From positions 102,602 to 166,601 of the IMG/VR virus record IMGVR_UViG_3300022890_000011: a stretch of 64,000 bases of DNA; one strand, 5' to 3'. Made by a program: the position numbers and the translations under genes. Positions 1 to 8,836 of the stretch are shown piece by piece (the first letter of the stretch is position 1; every line of letters starts with the position of its first letter). This stretch comes from a virus. The notes beneath the pieces were generated by a model. The model was not told the origin of the DNA. It saw only the letters and a program-made list of their open reading frames with translations, and made no database searches.

Positions 1-186
1 AGACAAAGTAATATAAACACATTTGCAATTTTAAAAGATGGTGAATGGTATGAAAAAGGTGAAATGGGTTGGTTTGGTATGTATAATGATGAAATGAGTG
101 AAGATGAATGGGGAGAAAAATTTGATGAACTTTTAGTTAATTTAACAGGTGACACATTACTTAGCGTATATGATTGTCATATTTAA
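1..186 (+). CDS. Partial conserved phage hypothetical protein (C-terminus ...DGEWYEKGEMGWFG...VYDCHI)
   Basis: Frame 1 is open from the window edge to TAA at 184-186. Confidence 0.7.
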   Translation, partial: RQSNINTFAILKDGEWYEKGEMGWFGMYNDEMSEDEWGEKFDELLVNLTGDTLLSVYDCHI

Positions 187-251
187 AAATATAAAAATAT
201 GAGAGAAAAAGATTATAAACAAGTATCATTTCAAAATAAGTTAAAATTATA

Positions 252-512
252 ATGGAGATTTATAAATCATTTTGTATAGATAAAATAAGTAGAACTTTGG
301 TTGGTTATAATAAAATTTGTATAGTTCATTTTATGATAGATTCTGTTTTAATAGGTTATTATAAAGGTTGTCATACTTATCCATTTAATGTTGATCAAGG
401 TGCATATGTTATGGAAAAAATGTCATTTCTTGATTTAATACTTAGATTTGAAATTGATGCTAAAGATTATGTACCTGAATTAATTGAAGGCAATAAAATG
501 GATTTATTATGA
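252..512 (+). CDS. Hypothetical protein with C-terminal EGNKMDLL tag
   Basis: ORF; C-terminal motif shared with many ORFs in the window. Confidence 0.65.
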   Translation: MEIYKSFCIDKISRTLVGYNKICIVHFMIDSVLIGYYKGCHTYPFNVDQGAYVMEKMSFLDLILRFEIDAKDYVPELIEGNKMDLL

Positions 513-961
513 AAAGATTATTTATTATAAGACACGGAAAAGCAGAAGATCACGATCAATCAGATTTTGAAAGATCTTTAACAAAAAAAGGCAAAAGGGT
601 TAGTAGAGAAGTGGCTAAATCGTTATATAATGATGGATACCAAATTGATAATTTTATTACGAGTCCTGGTTTTAGATCATTAGAAACTTGTATAATATTT
701 GCAGATGAATTTGGTTATAATGTTGAAGATATAATAATTAATAGTGATTTATATTTTAATGTTACAACTAATGAATATCAAAATATTTTTGACCAATGTC
801 CGGGTTCTGATAATATTGCTATAGTTGGACATAATCCGTTTTTATCATTTTTAGTTCATCATCTAACTGGTAAAATTGTTAATATGATTAAAAGTGGAGT
901 GTCAGTTATAGAATTTAATGATGGTATGACAGAAGCTAAATTAATTTTATATAAAAACTAA
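509..961 (+). CDS. sixA: Histidine phosphatase, SixA-like
   Basis: RHGKA motif, D..R.LT..G, ITSP..R..ET, VGHNP. Confidence 0.85.
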   Translation: MKRLFIIRHGKAEDHDQSDFERSLTKKGKRVSREVAKSLYNDGYQIDNFITSPGFRSLETCIIFADEFGYNVEDIIINSDLYFNVTTNEYQNIFDQCPGSDNIAIVGHNPFLSFLVHHLTGKIVNMIKSGVSVIEFNDGMTEAKLILYKN

Positions 962-1033
962 TGAAAATAACAAAACAAGAAGGTGGAGATATAGAATATC
1001 AAATTGAAGAAGATATAATCGAATTAATTAAAG

Positions 1034-1384
1034 ATGAAAATTAGAAAAGGATTTGTGAGTAACAGCTCATCAAGTAGTTATATTTGTGATATTTGTGGTG
1101 ATGCTTTTGAAATGTGGGATGAGTCTCCTACTTCATGTGAATATGGTCATTATTTTTGTTATGATTGTATTCCAGATAACTGTGAAGGTGAAGGAAGTGT
1201 TGAAGAAAAGGATTGTCCTTATTGTTCATTTGAGAAAATTTCAGAATATGATTTTAATAATTATATTTTAGCTAAATATAATTTAAATAAAGGAGATATT
1301 GAAAATGAAATTTATGAGAGATTTGAGAACTTTTCAGAATTTATAATTTATATTAACGAAAATAAGAATAGAAAATGCGATTAG
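1034..1384 (+). CDS. MKIRxGFVSNSSSSS-leader protein with Cys-rich zinc-finger-like body
   Basis: N-term MKIRKGFVSNSSSSSY; CDIC, CEYGHYFC, CPYC. Confidence 0.8.
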   Translation: MKIRKGFVSNSSSSSYICDICGDAFEMWDESPTSCEYGHYFCYDCIPDNCEGEGSVEEKDCPYCSFEKISEYDFNNYILAKYNLNKGDIENEIYERFENFSEFIIYINENKNRKCD

Positions 1385-1710
1385 AAAATTTAGAAACAAG
1401 AGTAATTGGTTATATTGGTGTAGATGCAGGTATTGTGTGGATTGGAGACCCATGTTATATAATGCATAAAGATAAACCTTATAAATCTATTGGTAAAGAT
1501 TGGGGTGATTTTTGTGATAAACTTGGTGATAGTTATGTTAAATCATTTAATTATGACATGGGGCACGAGGGTTTAGGTGTTTGTACATCTACTAAACACG
1601 GTGATGGTCATTATCCAGTTATCGGGTTTTTTGAACCAGGTGCACAAAGACCATCATGTGTAATGGTTGATTTTGATAACATTTTTAATAACGAAGAAGA
1701 TGAAGATTAG
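1375..1710 (+). CDS. Hypothetical protein, DUF4241-like
   Basis: GVDAG..WIGDPCY and T..GDG.YPV motifs. Confidence 0.55.
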   Translation: MRLENLETRVIGYIGVDAGIVWIGDPCYIMHKDKPYKSIGKDWGDFCDKLGDSYVKSFNYDMGHEGLGVCTSTKHGDGHYPVIGFFEPGAQRPSCVMVDFDNIFNNEEDED

Positions 1711-2152
1711 AAGTGGTTTTGTAAGTAATAGTAGTTCATCATCTTTCTTAATTTTAAAAGAAGGATTAAGTGATGAACAAATTAGTTCTGTGATAGAACA
1801 TAAGAAACATGCTGATAATTATTTTAATAGTAATGATAGATTAACTGATGAATATCATGAGAATGAAGAAGATGGTTATTCACCTTTTCATCAATTGTAT
1901 GGATTTTGGGATATAGATGGTTATGATGTGTGGAATATAGAAGATCATTTAAATTATATATTAACTGAAAATGGTATGGATAATTTTGATTTGATGAGTT
2001 TTTGTATTGATATATTTAATATACCAAAAGATAATATTTATACGGTTGAAAGTGATATGTATTATTATATTAATGATGTAGATAGTTTTGTAAAACAGAC
2101 AATTACAGAAAGTCGTAAAAATAAACTCGAAAGAGTAAAAAATAAAAAATAA
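1700..2152 (+). CDS. MKIRxGFVSNSSSSS-leader protein with RKNKLERV tail
   Basis: True start is probably ATG 1700 (MKIRSGFVSNSSSSSF), not 1667. Confidence 0.8.
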   Translation: MKIRSGFVSNSSSSSFLILKEGLSDEQISSVIEHKKHADNYFNSNDRLTDEYHENEEDGYSPFHQLYGFWDIDGYDVWNIEDHLNYILTENGMDNFDLMSFCIDIFNIPKDNIYTVESDMYYYINDVDSFVKQTITESRKNKLERVKNKK

Positions 2153-2155
2153 AGA

Positions 2156-2641
2156 ATGGGAACGAGAAGTTCAATTGCAATTAAAACAGAAGATGGTACA
2201 TATAAAGGAATATATTGTCATTGGGATGGTTATTTAGACCATAATGGTATTATACTATATGAATCTTATGACACTTATGAAAAAGTACTTGAATTAGTAA
2301 ATTTAGGTGATGCTTCATCTTTAGATCATAGTTCTAAATTAGTTGAAGGACATACATATGATACAAAAAAAGAAGGATGTTCCACATTCTATCATCGAGA
2401 TAGAGGTGAAAAATGGGAGGATGTTGCTCCAAAAGAGTTCGATACATATAAAGAATTGTTAGATTATTTAGGTCAAGGATATGATTATATTTTTGAAGAT
2501 GGTGAATGGTATGATAATGGAAAAGGTAAATTAGAGGATTTACTTATTAATACTGAACATGCTTCAAGAGTAAAGGAATTAAAGAAAAAGAGAATACAAA
2601 CAGATAGAAAACTTAAAATAGAGAGAATAAATGAAGATTAG
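2156..2641 (+). CDS. Conserved phage hypothetical protein (MGTRS..I...YCHWDGY) with RKLKIERI tail
   Basis: ORF with recognisable N-terminal motif. Confidence 0.7.
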   Translation: MGTRSSIAIKTEDGTYKGIYCHWDGYLDHNGIILYESYDTYEKVLELVNLGDASSLDHSSKLVEGHTYDTKKEGCSTFYHRDRGEKWEDVAPKEFDTYKELLDYLGQGYDYIFEDGEWYDNGKGKLEDLLINTEHASRVKELKKKRIQTDRKLKIERINED

Positions 2642-3191
2642 AAGTGGTTTTGTAAGCAATAGTAGTTCATCATCTTTCATATTAAGAAAAGATGATTATT
2701 TTCCTGATTCATATAGCTTAGCGGCTAGCATGATAAAAGTTAGAGAATGGAATAATGATGGTGAACTAGTTGATAAATTAATTAGTAAAGTGGAGGCTGG
2801 TGAAAGTTATCCTAATATTAGTTTTGCATCTTGTAATTATGATACGTTTATAGTTGATGAAGGAGATTATTTATTATGTGAAACTTGTAATAATCATGCA
2901 CATTGGAATATAACTGATTATGGTGATAATATTAGTTTTGCATCTTTACCAGAAGAAATAAGATTAAAATATAGTAGAGATGGTGATATGAATCTTACTG
3001 GAAAATATAGTGAAGAAGAAAAAGATTGTGATGAATTTTGGTTTGTAGAACATGATATAATTGGTAAATTAGCTTCTAAATATACTAATGGAAAATATAA
3101 TAATGATACATATTGTTCTGAATGTTATACTGATTATGTTGTAATTGATGGTGTTGCACAATGTCCAAGATGTAGAAAAGTAGATGAATAA
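2631..3191 (+). CDS. MKIRxGFVSNSSSSS-leader protein with C-terminal zinc ribbon
   Basis: Leader motif; CSEC...CPRC. Confidence 0.8.
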   Translation: MKIRSGFVSNSSSSSFILRKDDYFPDSYSLAASMIKVREWNNDGELVDKLISKVEAGESYPNISFASCNYDTFIVDEGDYLLCETCNNHAHWNITDYGDNISFASLPEEIRLKYSRDGDMNLTGKYSEEEKDCDEFWFVEHDIIGKLASKYTNGKYNNDTYCSECYTDYVVIDGVAQCPRCRKVDE

Positions 3192-3830
3192 GTATTTTAA
3201 AGATATATTAAATAATTCTCAGTTTACAATGATATCAGGAAAAACTAATAGTGGCAAAACTAGATTTTTAATGTGGTTAGCTGCTTTATGTTCAGAAAAT
3301 AACAAGGTCTTATACATTTCTACAGAAATGAGTGAAAGACATGTTATTAATAATTTTTCACCATTATTGAATGTTGATTTACATAAAAAATGGATTAGAA
3401 CTGCTAGAAAACTTAAAATGGATAGAATTAAAGGTAATATCGAATATAAAAATATACCAGGTATTGTTATTAAACATACTCAATATGTTGATGATATTAA
3501 AAAATTGGTTGGTGATTATGATGTTGTTGTTATTGATTCTATATTAATTTAATATTGGAAAAAGATAGAAGGTTATATTCATATAAAGAACAAAATGATT
3601 TTATTAATATATTTACGGGAAAAGTTATTATATCATCTCAATTATATAGAAATGGAGATATTTTAACATCTAGTTTTCCAATGAAATTGTTTACGAATAG
3701 TGATTCTGTATTTTCTATTGAAAAAGAAGATAATTTTTTATTAAGTAAGATTGAATGTCACAAAAATAGATATTTACCTATTGGTTTAGTACCTAAAAAA
3801 TTTGATTTATCAAAAATGAATTTTGTTTAA
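3184..3830 (+). pseudogene. DnaB/RecA-fold ATPase split into two ORFs (3184-3552, 3555-3830)
   Basis: Walker A GKTNSGKT, YISTEMS and Walker B VVVIDS in the first half; SSQL, SD.V and KNR in the second; frame break near 3550. Confidence 0.6.
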
Positions 3831-4029
3831 AAATAAAATATTAGAGATGAGAGAATTTTTATTAGAATTAAAGAATAAATATCCAAATGATCAAGATTTT
3901 GGTGAAAAAATGAGAGAATTGTTATTAGATGAAGAATTATTATATTTTTTATCTGAAATTGAAGAAGATTTTATAATGAATGTTTGGTATGATGATAAAG
4001 TAAATGAATTAAAAAAGAAATATTTATAA
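3823..4029 (+). CDS. Hypothetical protein (YPNDQDFG)
   Basis: ORF tightly packed in the operon. Confidence 0.6.
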   Translation: MFKNKILEMREFLLELKNKYPNDQDFGEKMRELLLDEELLYFLSEIEEDFIMNVWYDDKVNELKKKYL

Positions 4030-4211
4030 TGAAATATTAAAAATTATTTGACGAAGAAGTATTAAAAAATATGATACTTTCAAATTTATATGAATCTTTT
4101 GATAGAGGTGGTATTGAATTAGAAGATTATGTTGATGATCTTGATTTAGAAGTACGTGTTTATATATCAATGATTGAACCATGGAAAACGACAATAAAAT
4201 TCGAAGATTAA
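4029..4211 (+). pseudogene. Small MKYLK-type protein with premature TAA (MKY*KLFDEE...)
   Basis: ATG 4029, TAA 4038-4040, frame then open to 4211. Confidence 0.45.
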
Positions 4212-4256
4212 AAACTTAAAATTTATTTAAGTATAAATAATAAATACAAGAAAAAT

Positions 4257-5006
4257 ATGAAAATTAGAAACGGATTTGTAAGTAATTCAAGTAGTAGTTC
4301 ATTTGTTATAATGTCTACAAATAAAATAGAGTCAAATGATGATATATATGAAAAGTTTTTGATACCTGAAGCATCACCTTTAAGTAGTTTGTCATATGAT
4401 ATATCTCGCACTTTTTTTAATCAAAGTGAAGAAATGTCATATGAAGATATAGTAGATGAATATTATTATGGTGATAAAGAACTTATTCTAGAAGATGTGT
4501 CTCTCTTACATGAAGAATGTAGTTGGTTGTTTAGTTTAGAAGAATTACAAAAAATAAAAGATGAAAAATTATTTGTAAGATATGGTTCTGTTTCTAGTGA
4601 TAGTGGAGAACCAATTGATCAGTTGATATATTATGGTGCAGATATTAATATAGATACAGAAGATTTTAAAATAAATAGAAAATTAATGGAACAATTTACA
4701 ATTATGTTTAATGGAAAAGAATTTAAAATTAAATCACGAGAACATGAATTAATATTCTTTTCTATGTGGAAAGCAATAAGCCAAATATTACCTGAATTTA
4801 TTGGAGAAGAATATTATGCTCAATGCAATAATTCATTTATAAATGTAAATAAAGCAATTAATAAACAAAAACATAATCATGAATTTTTTAACGCCTTCTT
4901 CATGAAAAAAAATATAATCAATGAAAATACTGTAATTTTTATTAAACCTGTAAAAGCGTGTTATGATTGGAAAAAGAAATATGACAAATATATATTTGTA
5001 ATATAA
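4257..5006 (+). CDS. MKIRxGFVSNSSSSS-leader protein, apparently fused in frame to a second gene starting at ATG 4686
   Basis: Leader motif; repeat copy at 5054-5087 preserves the original end TEDFKIKIEN*. Confidence 0.7.
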   Translation: MKIRNGFVSNSSSSSFVIMSTNKIESNDDIYEKFLIPEASPLSSLSYDISRTFFNQSEEMSYEDIVDEYYYGDKELILEDVSLLHEECSWLFSLEELQKIKDEKLFVRYGSVSSDSGEPIDQLIYYGADINIDTEDFKINRKLMEQFTIMFNGKEFKIKSREHELIFFSMWKAISQILPEFIGEEYYAQCNNSFINVNKAINKQKHNHEFFNAFFMKKNIINENTVIFIKPVKACYDWKKKYDKYIFVI

Positions 5007-5087
5007 AAAAAATATTTCCTGAAATGTAGCACCAAAAGAAATAAGATTATTAGACAGAAGATTTTAAAATAAAAATAGAAAATTAAT
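4656..5087 (+). repeat. Direct repeat pair 4656-4687 / 5054-5087
   Basis: acagaagattttaaaata(aa)aatagaaaattaat, differing by a 2-bp indel. Confidence 0.8.
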
Positions 5088-5609
5088 ATGGAAGAAGAAA
5101 TATTAAACGTTATACAGAATTTACCACCAGATAAATTATTAGAATTATCTGAAATGGTAGTAAAAACATTAGAGACTAATATAAAATTTGAATCATTAGA
5201 ATTGAGTGCTAGACATGAAAAATTAGTTGAAACTATTAAAACACATTTAAAGGAGATAAAAGATATTTATGAATCGTCTACTTTATTTGAAAAATATTCA
5301 AAAATATCTGATGATATTAGAACAAGAATCAGTGATTTGAATAGTGATACTTATCATAATATTGAAAACAGATCAGATCAAGTTGAAGATATTAAAGGTA
5401 CTTGTAGTGATATGTATGATATTAAAGAAGAAATAAAAGAGTTAATTTCAGAAATGGATGAACATGATATTGAAATTATAAATGAAATAATGTTAGATTT
5501 AACTGATTTGATGCATGATCTTGAGAGTTATATTGAGAGTGGTGATATAATTGTAAATCAACATGAAATTCTAGAATATAAAATTGAAGATTTTTTAAGA
5601 AATTTTTAA
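5088..5609 (+). CDS. Acidic coiled-coil hypothetical protein
   Basis: ORF. Confidence 0.65.
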   Translation: MEEEILNVIQNLPPDKLLELSEMVVKTLETNIKFESLELSARHEKLVETIKTHLKEIKDIYESSTLFEKYSKISDDIRTRISDLNSDTYHNIENRSDQVEDIKGTCSDMYDIKEEIKELISEMDEHDIEIINEIMLDLTDLMHDLESYIESGDIIVNQHEILEYKIEDFLRNF

Positions 5610-5627
5610 TTAAAATAAATAAATAAT

Positions 5628-7907
5628 ATGAAAATAAGCCAAAAAGACCAACAAGACATTCTTGATAAGAATAAAAGATTAGAATCAATTAAACCAATTC
5701 TTAAATCAGAATTTATTGGAATAGATGATGTTATAGATAATATAATTGAATCTATAAGACCATTTTATGTTTTTCCAAAATCTCTTAAAAGACCTTTAGT
5801 GGTTAACTTATGGGGATTAACTGGAACTGGTAAAACATCTATTGTTGATAGAATAGTTGATTTATTAGAATTAAATAATAGATATTCTAAATTTGATGTT
5901 GGTGAATATTCTTCATCTAATTCAGATTGGAAATTAAAACAAGATTTAGGAGAAGCTACTTCTAATATTGATACCAAAAATATGATATTTGCATTTGATG
6001 AGTTTCAACTAGGTAGAACTATTAATGAGATGGGAGCTGAAGTTGATAGAATTGCTTTAAGACCTATGTGGGAAGTTATTGATCATGGAATTATTTACGA
6101 ATTTAATTACTCATATTCACGTGTATTTGATATACTTAAGAAAATAAAACAATGTGCTGATTCTGGTGTAGAGGTTAAAAAAGGTTATGTTGTTAAAAAT
6201 GAACATGTTTATAATTCAGTTTTTAGACGTGAAGAATTAAGACCTTGTGATTTTAAGGTTTGTACATATCAAGAACAAATAGAAGATGAAGATGAAAATC
6301 ATAATCATCCCGATAGAGAACCACCAATAGTTGTTAGTAGAAGTAATAAAATAACAGAAGAAGCTAAAGAGATTAGAATTAATAAAATAGTCGATCCTGA
6401 TTCAGTTTCATCTTATTATTTTGATATTTCAGATGAAGAAATGAAACATTTTGTACAACCTAGAATGATTAAATATTATCATTATTGTAAATTTTATGAA
6501 GCTAACCCTGCATTTTTTGAAAATGAGTTTAATTTTAAAAAACATATTGATAAGTTTAATTTGCCATTTCCATTGTTAATTGAAATGATTAGTAAAAATT
6601 TCATTATGAATTCATCATTAATGAGAAAGAAAGATTTTTCACAATCATTAGTATTTTGTGTTGGTAATGTTGATGAAGCATATACAATGGCTTTTTCTTC
6701 TGATCCTGATGCGGATGCGGATTTATTTTGGGAACATTCTTTAAAGATTAATATTCCTAAAATGAAAAATGCTTTATCTCATAGATTTAGAATGGAACAA
6801 ATTGGTAGATTAGGTAATAATCATATTGTATATCCAGCTCTCAATAAAAATTCTTATGAAAAGATTATTGAACTTTATTTTAACAAAAGAGTTGAACATT
6901 TTGAAGAACAATTTGGAATTAAATTAGAAGTGGATGAAAGTTTAAAAGATATTATGTATAAAGAATCAGTTTTTCCGTCCCAAGGTGTGAGACCAATTTT
7001 ATCATCTTTTAATACATTAGTAGACTCTTATGTTTCAAGATTGATTTCGGATTTAATTTTCCAAAATCCTACATGTGATAAAGTTAACTGGAAATATAGC
7101 AGAAAAGATGAGAAATATATTATTTCATCAACAGGAGAGAAAGAAGAAGTTATTATTGAATATCCAGTTAAACTTAATATTGAAAATTTAAGAGAATCTG
7201 ATTATTCAGAGAATCAAGCATTTACCGCTGTTCATGAAGCTGGTCATGCAGTTATTTCTGTTGTTGCAGCCGATTTAGTTCCAAAAGAAGTTGTTTCTAA
7301 AACAGCATCTATTGCTGAAGGTTTTTGTAGAATTGAATATCCAGAACAAATGACTAGAGATTTATCTATTAAACAAATCAAAGTATTATTAGCTGGTATT
7401 GAATCTGAAAGATTTCTATTTGGTGATGAATTAATTAGTTCAGGTGCTTTTTCTGATTTATCAAGAGCAACTGATTTAGCTGTGTCTATGATTAAAGAAT
7501 TTGGTATGGGCGAAAGTCTTTGTCAAATAAGAGCGACAACAGATTCCACTATGGTTGGTATGAAAGTAATGAGTGAAGATTATGAAGAAGTTATCGCTAA
7601 GATGATTGATGATCTTCAAAAAGATGTTCAAAAATTATTAAAAGATAATGAAGAGTTTTTATTAGAATTGTCTCATTTTTTATCTAATAATTCTAAGATT
7701 GAGAAGGATGAACTAACTAAAATGGCTAAAAAATATCATACAAAATTCAGAGATAAAGATCATTATTATGATTTTAAAGATACTATTAAAACTCGTATGA
7801 ACAAGATTGATATGTCAGAATCACCAGATTCTATTGTTAAAGAACAGATTTATGAGTTTTCTCAAAATAAGAAGAAGAAAAATAATGGAAACGGAAAATC
7901 AAAATAA
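5628..7907 (+). CDS. Soluble AAA+ ATPase (Clp-D2-like) fused to peptidase M41 (FtsH-type) domain
   Basis: FIGID.VI, GLTGTGKT, FAFDEF, GRLG, QGVRP; C-terminal AVHEAGH and GA.SDL..AT; no TM segment. Confidence 0.8.
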   Translation: MKISQKDQQDILDKNKRLESIKPILKSEFIGIDDVIDNIIESIRPFYVFPKSLKRPLVVNLWGLTGTGKTSIVDRIVDLLELNNRYSKFDVGEYSSSNSDWKLKQDLGEATSNIDTKNMIFAFDEFQLGRTINEMGAEVDRIALRPMWEVIDHGIIYEFNYSYSRVFDILKKIKQCADSGVEVKKGYVVKNEHVYNSVFRREELRPCDFKVCTYQEQIEDEDENHNHPDREPPIVVSRSNKITEEAKEIRINKIVDPDSVSSYYFDISDEEMKHFVQPRMIKYYHYCKFYEANPAFFENEFNFKKHIDKFNLPFPLLIEMISKNFIMNSSLMRKKDFSQSLVFCVGNVDEAYTMAFSSDPDADADLFWEHSLKINIPKMKNALSHRFRMEQIGRLGNNHIVYPALNKNSYEKIIELYFNKRVEHFEEQFGIKLEVDESLKDIMYKESVFPSQGVRPILSSFNTLVDSYVSRLISDLIFQNPTCDKVNWKYSRKDEKYIISSTGEKEEVIIEYPVKLNIENLRESDYSENQAFTAVHEAGHAVISVVAADLVPKEVVSKTASIAEGFCRIEYPEQMTRDLSIKQIKVLLAGIESERFLFGDELISSGAFSDLSRATDLAVSMIKEFGMGESLCQIRATTDSTMVGMKVMSEDYEEVIAKMIDDLQKDVQKLLKDNEEFLLELSHFLSNNSKIEKDELTKMAKKYHTKFRDKDHYYDFKDTIKTRMNKIDMSESPDSIVKEQIYEFSQNKKKKNNGNGKSK

Positions 7908-7949
7908 GTTTGATGAAGAAATGAAACATAATCCTATTATATCATTTGA

Positions 7950-8189
7950 AGATTTGATCCGTCAAGCAAAACATGTTCTAATTGTGGTTCAATCAATAAA
8001 GAATTGACTTTAAAGGATAGGGAATGGATTTGCTCTAAATGTGGAAAAGAACATGATAGAGATATTAATGCTGCTATAAATATAAGAAATTTTGGGTTGA
8101 GGAACCAACCCAGTGTCACCCAAAGTGAATGGTTACATTGTGCTTGTGGCGTATAAACACATTAGTCTTTAGCTAATGTGTAAGTTCAT
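7950..8189 (+). mobile_element. 3' remnant (about 240 bp) of the TnpB element, with right-end hairpin
   Basis: Near-identical to 63761-63999; hairpin acacattag-tctttag-ctaatgtgt; ends in ttcat. Confidence 0.9.
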
Positions 8190-8260
8190 AAGAGGTTATT
8201 TAGTAGTGAAAGCATAAAACAATAAATACGATTGGGAAAAATTAATAAAAAATATTAATA

Positions 8261-8593
8261 ATGAAAGAAAAAGTAGAAAAATTATTAGGTTTAATAGGTA
8301 ATGAAGATCTTTTCAAAAAATTGAGAGATGAATATTTAAAACATTTAAATGAACAGATAGATGATCCTGAGATATTTGAAGAATTTATGTGTCTTATAAT
8401 AAATGAATTTAAATATGAAACATTCAGAGATGAAACTAGTAAGAATTATATGGAAATTTATACAGAGGAAGAAATGGATTATATGTTGAATTATTATAGT
8501 AGTGATATAGGACAAAGTATAATTGAAAAGAATACTATTATGGTAACAAGAAGTATGACATTGAGCCAAAAGATTGTCGTTAATTTCTTCTAA
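8261..8593 (+). CDS. DUF2059-like protein
   Basis: YT.EE...ML.YY.S..GQ.II.K pattern; C-terminus possibly truncated. Confidence 0.55.
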   Translation: MKEKVEKLLGLIGNEDLFKKLRDEYLKHLNEQIDDPEIFEEFMCLIINEFKYETFRDETSKNYMEIYTEEEMDYMLNYYSSDIGQSIIEKNTIMVTRSMTLSQKIVVNFF

Positions 8594-8836
8594 TTTATCT
8601 AATATCTCTTGACTATTATTATCATTTATTCCACCTGGATTTAACATTTCAATTCTAGTTTCACCTTCTTTTATAGGTAAAAAAAATTGAATAATATCAT
8701 GATAATCTTTTTCTAAAGAATAATATTGTTTAAAATAATTAAGACCTTGTCTTGCTTGCTGTTTACTTAAACCATCGACATTTATATAAAATATAAATAT
8801 TATTTTATCTTTGATTGATTGTTTATTTAAATTCAT
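8345..8836 (-). CDS. Hypothetical protein (IFYINVDGLS...FFLP...ETRIE.LNP); genuine part probably 8570-8836
   Basis: The ORF tail runs antisense through the DUF2059-like gene. Confidence 0.5.
   Translation of the reverse strand: MNLNKQSIKDKIIFIFYINVDGLSKQQARQGLNYFKQYYSLEKDYHDIIQFFLPIKEGETRIEMLNPGGINDNNSQEILDKLEEINDNLLAQCHTSCYHNSILFNYTLSYITTIIIQHIIHFFLCINFHIILTSFISECFIFKFIYYKTHKFFKYLRIIYLFI

Noticed and set aside
7937-8119. Minus-strand ORFs 7937-8119 and 63718-63930 as a repeated small gene
   Set aside because: They are antisense shadows of the tnpB 3' end.
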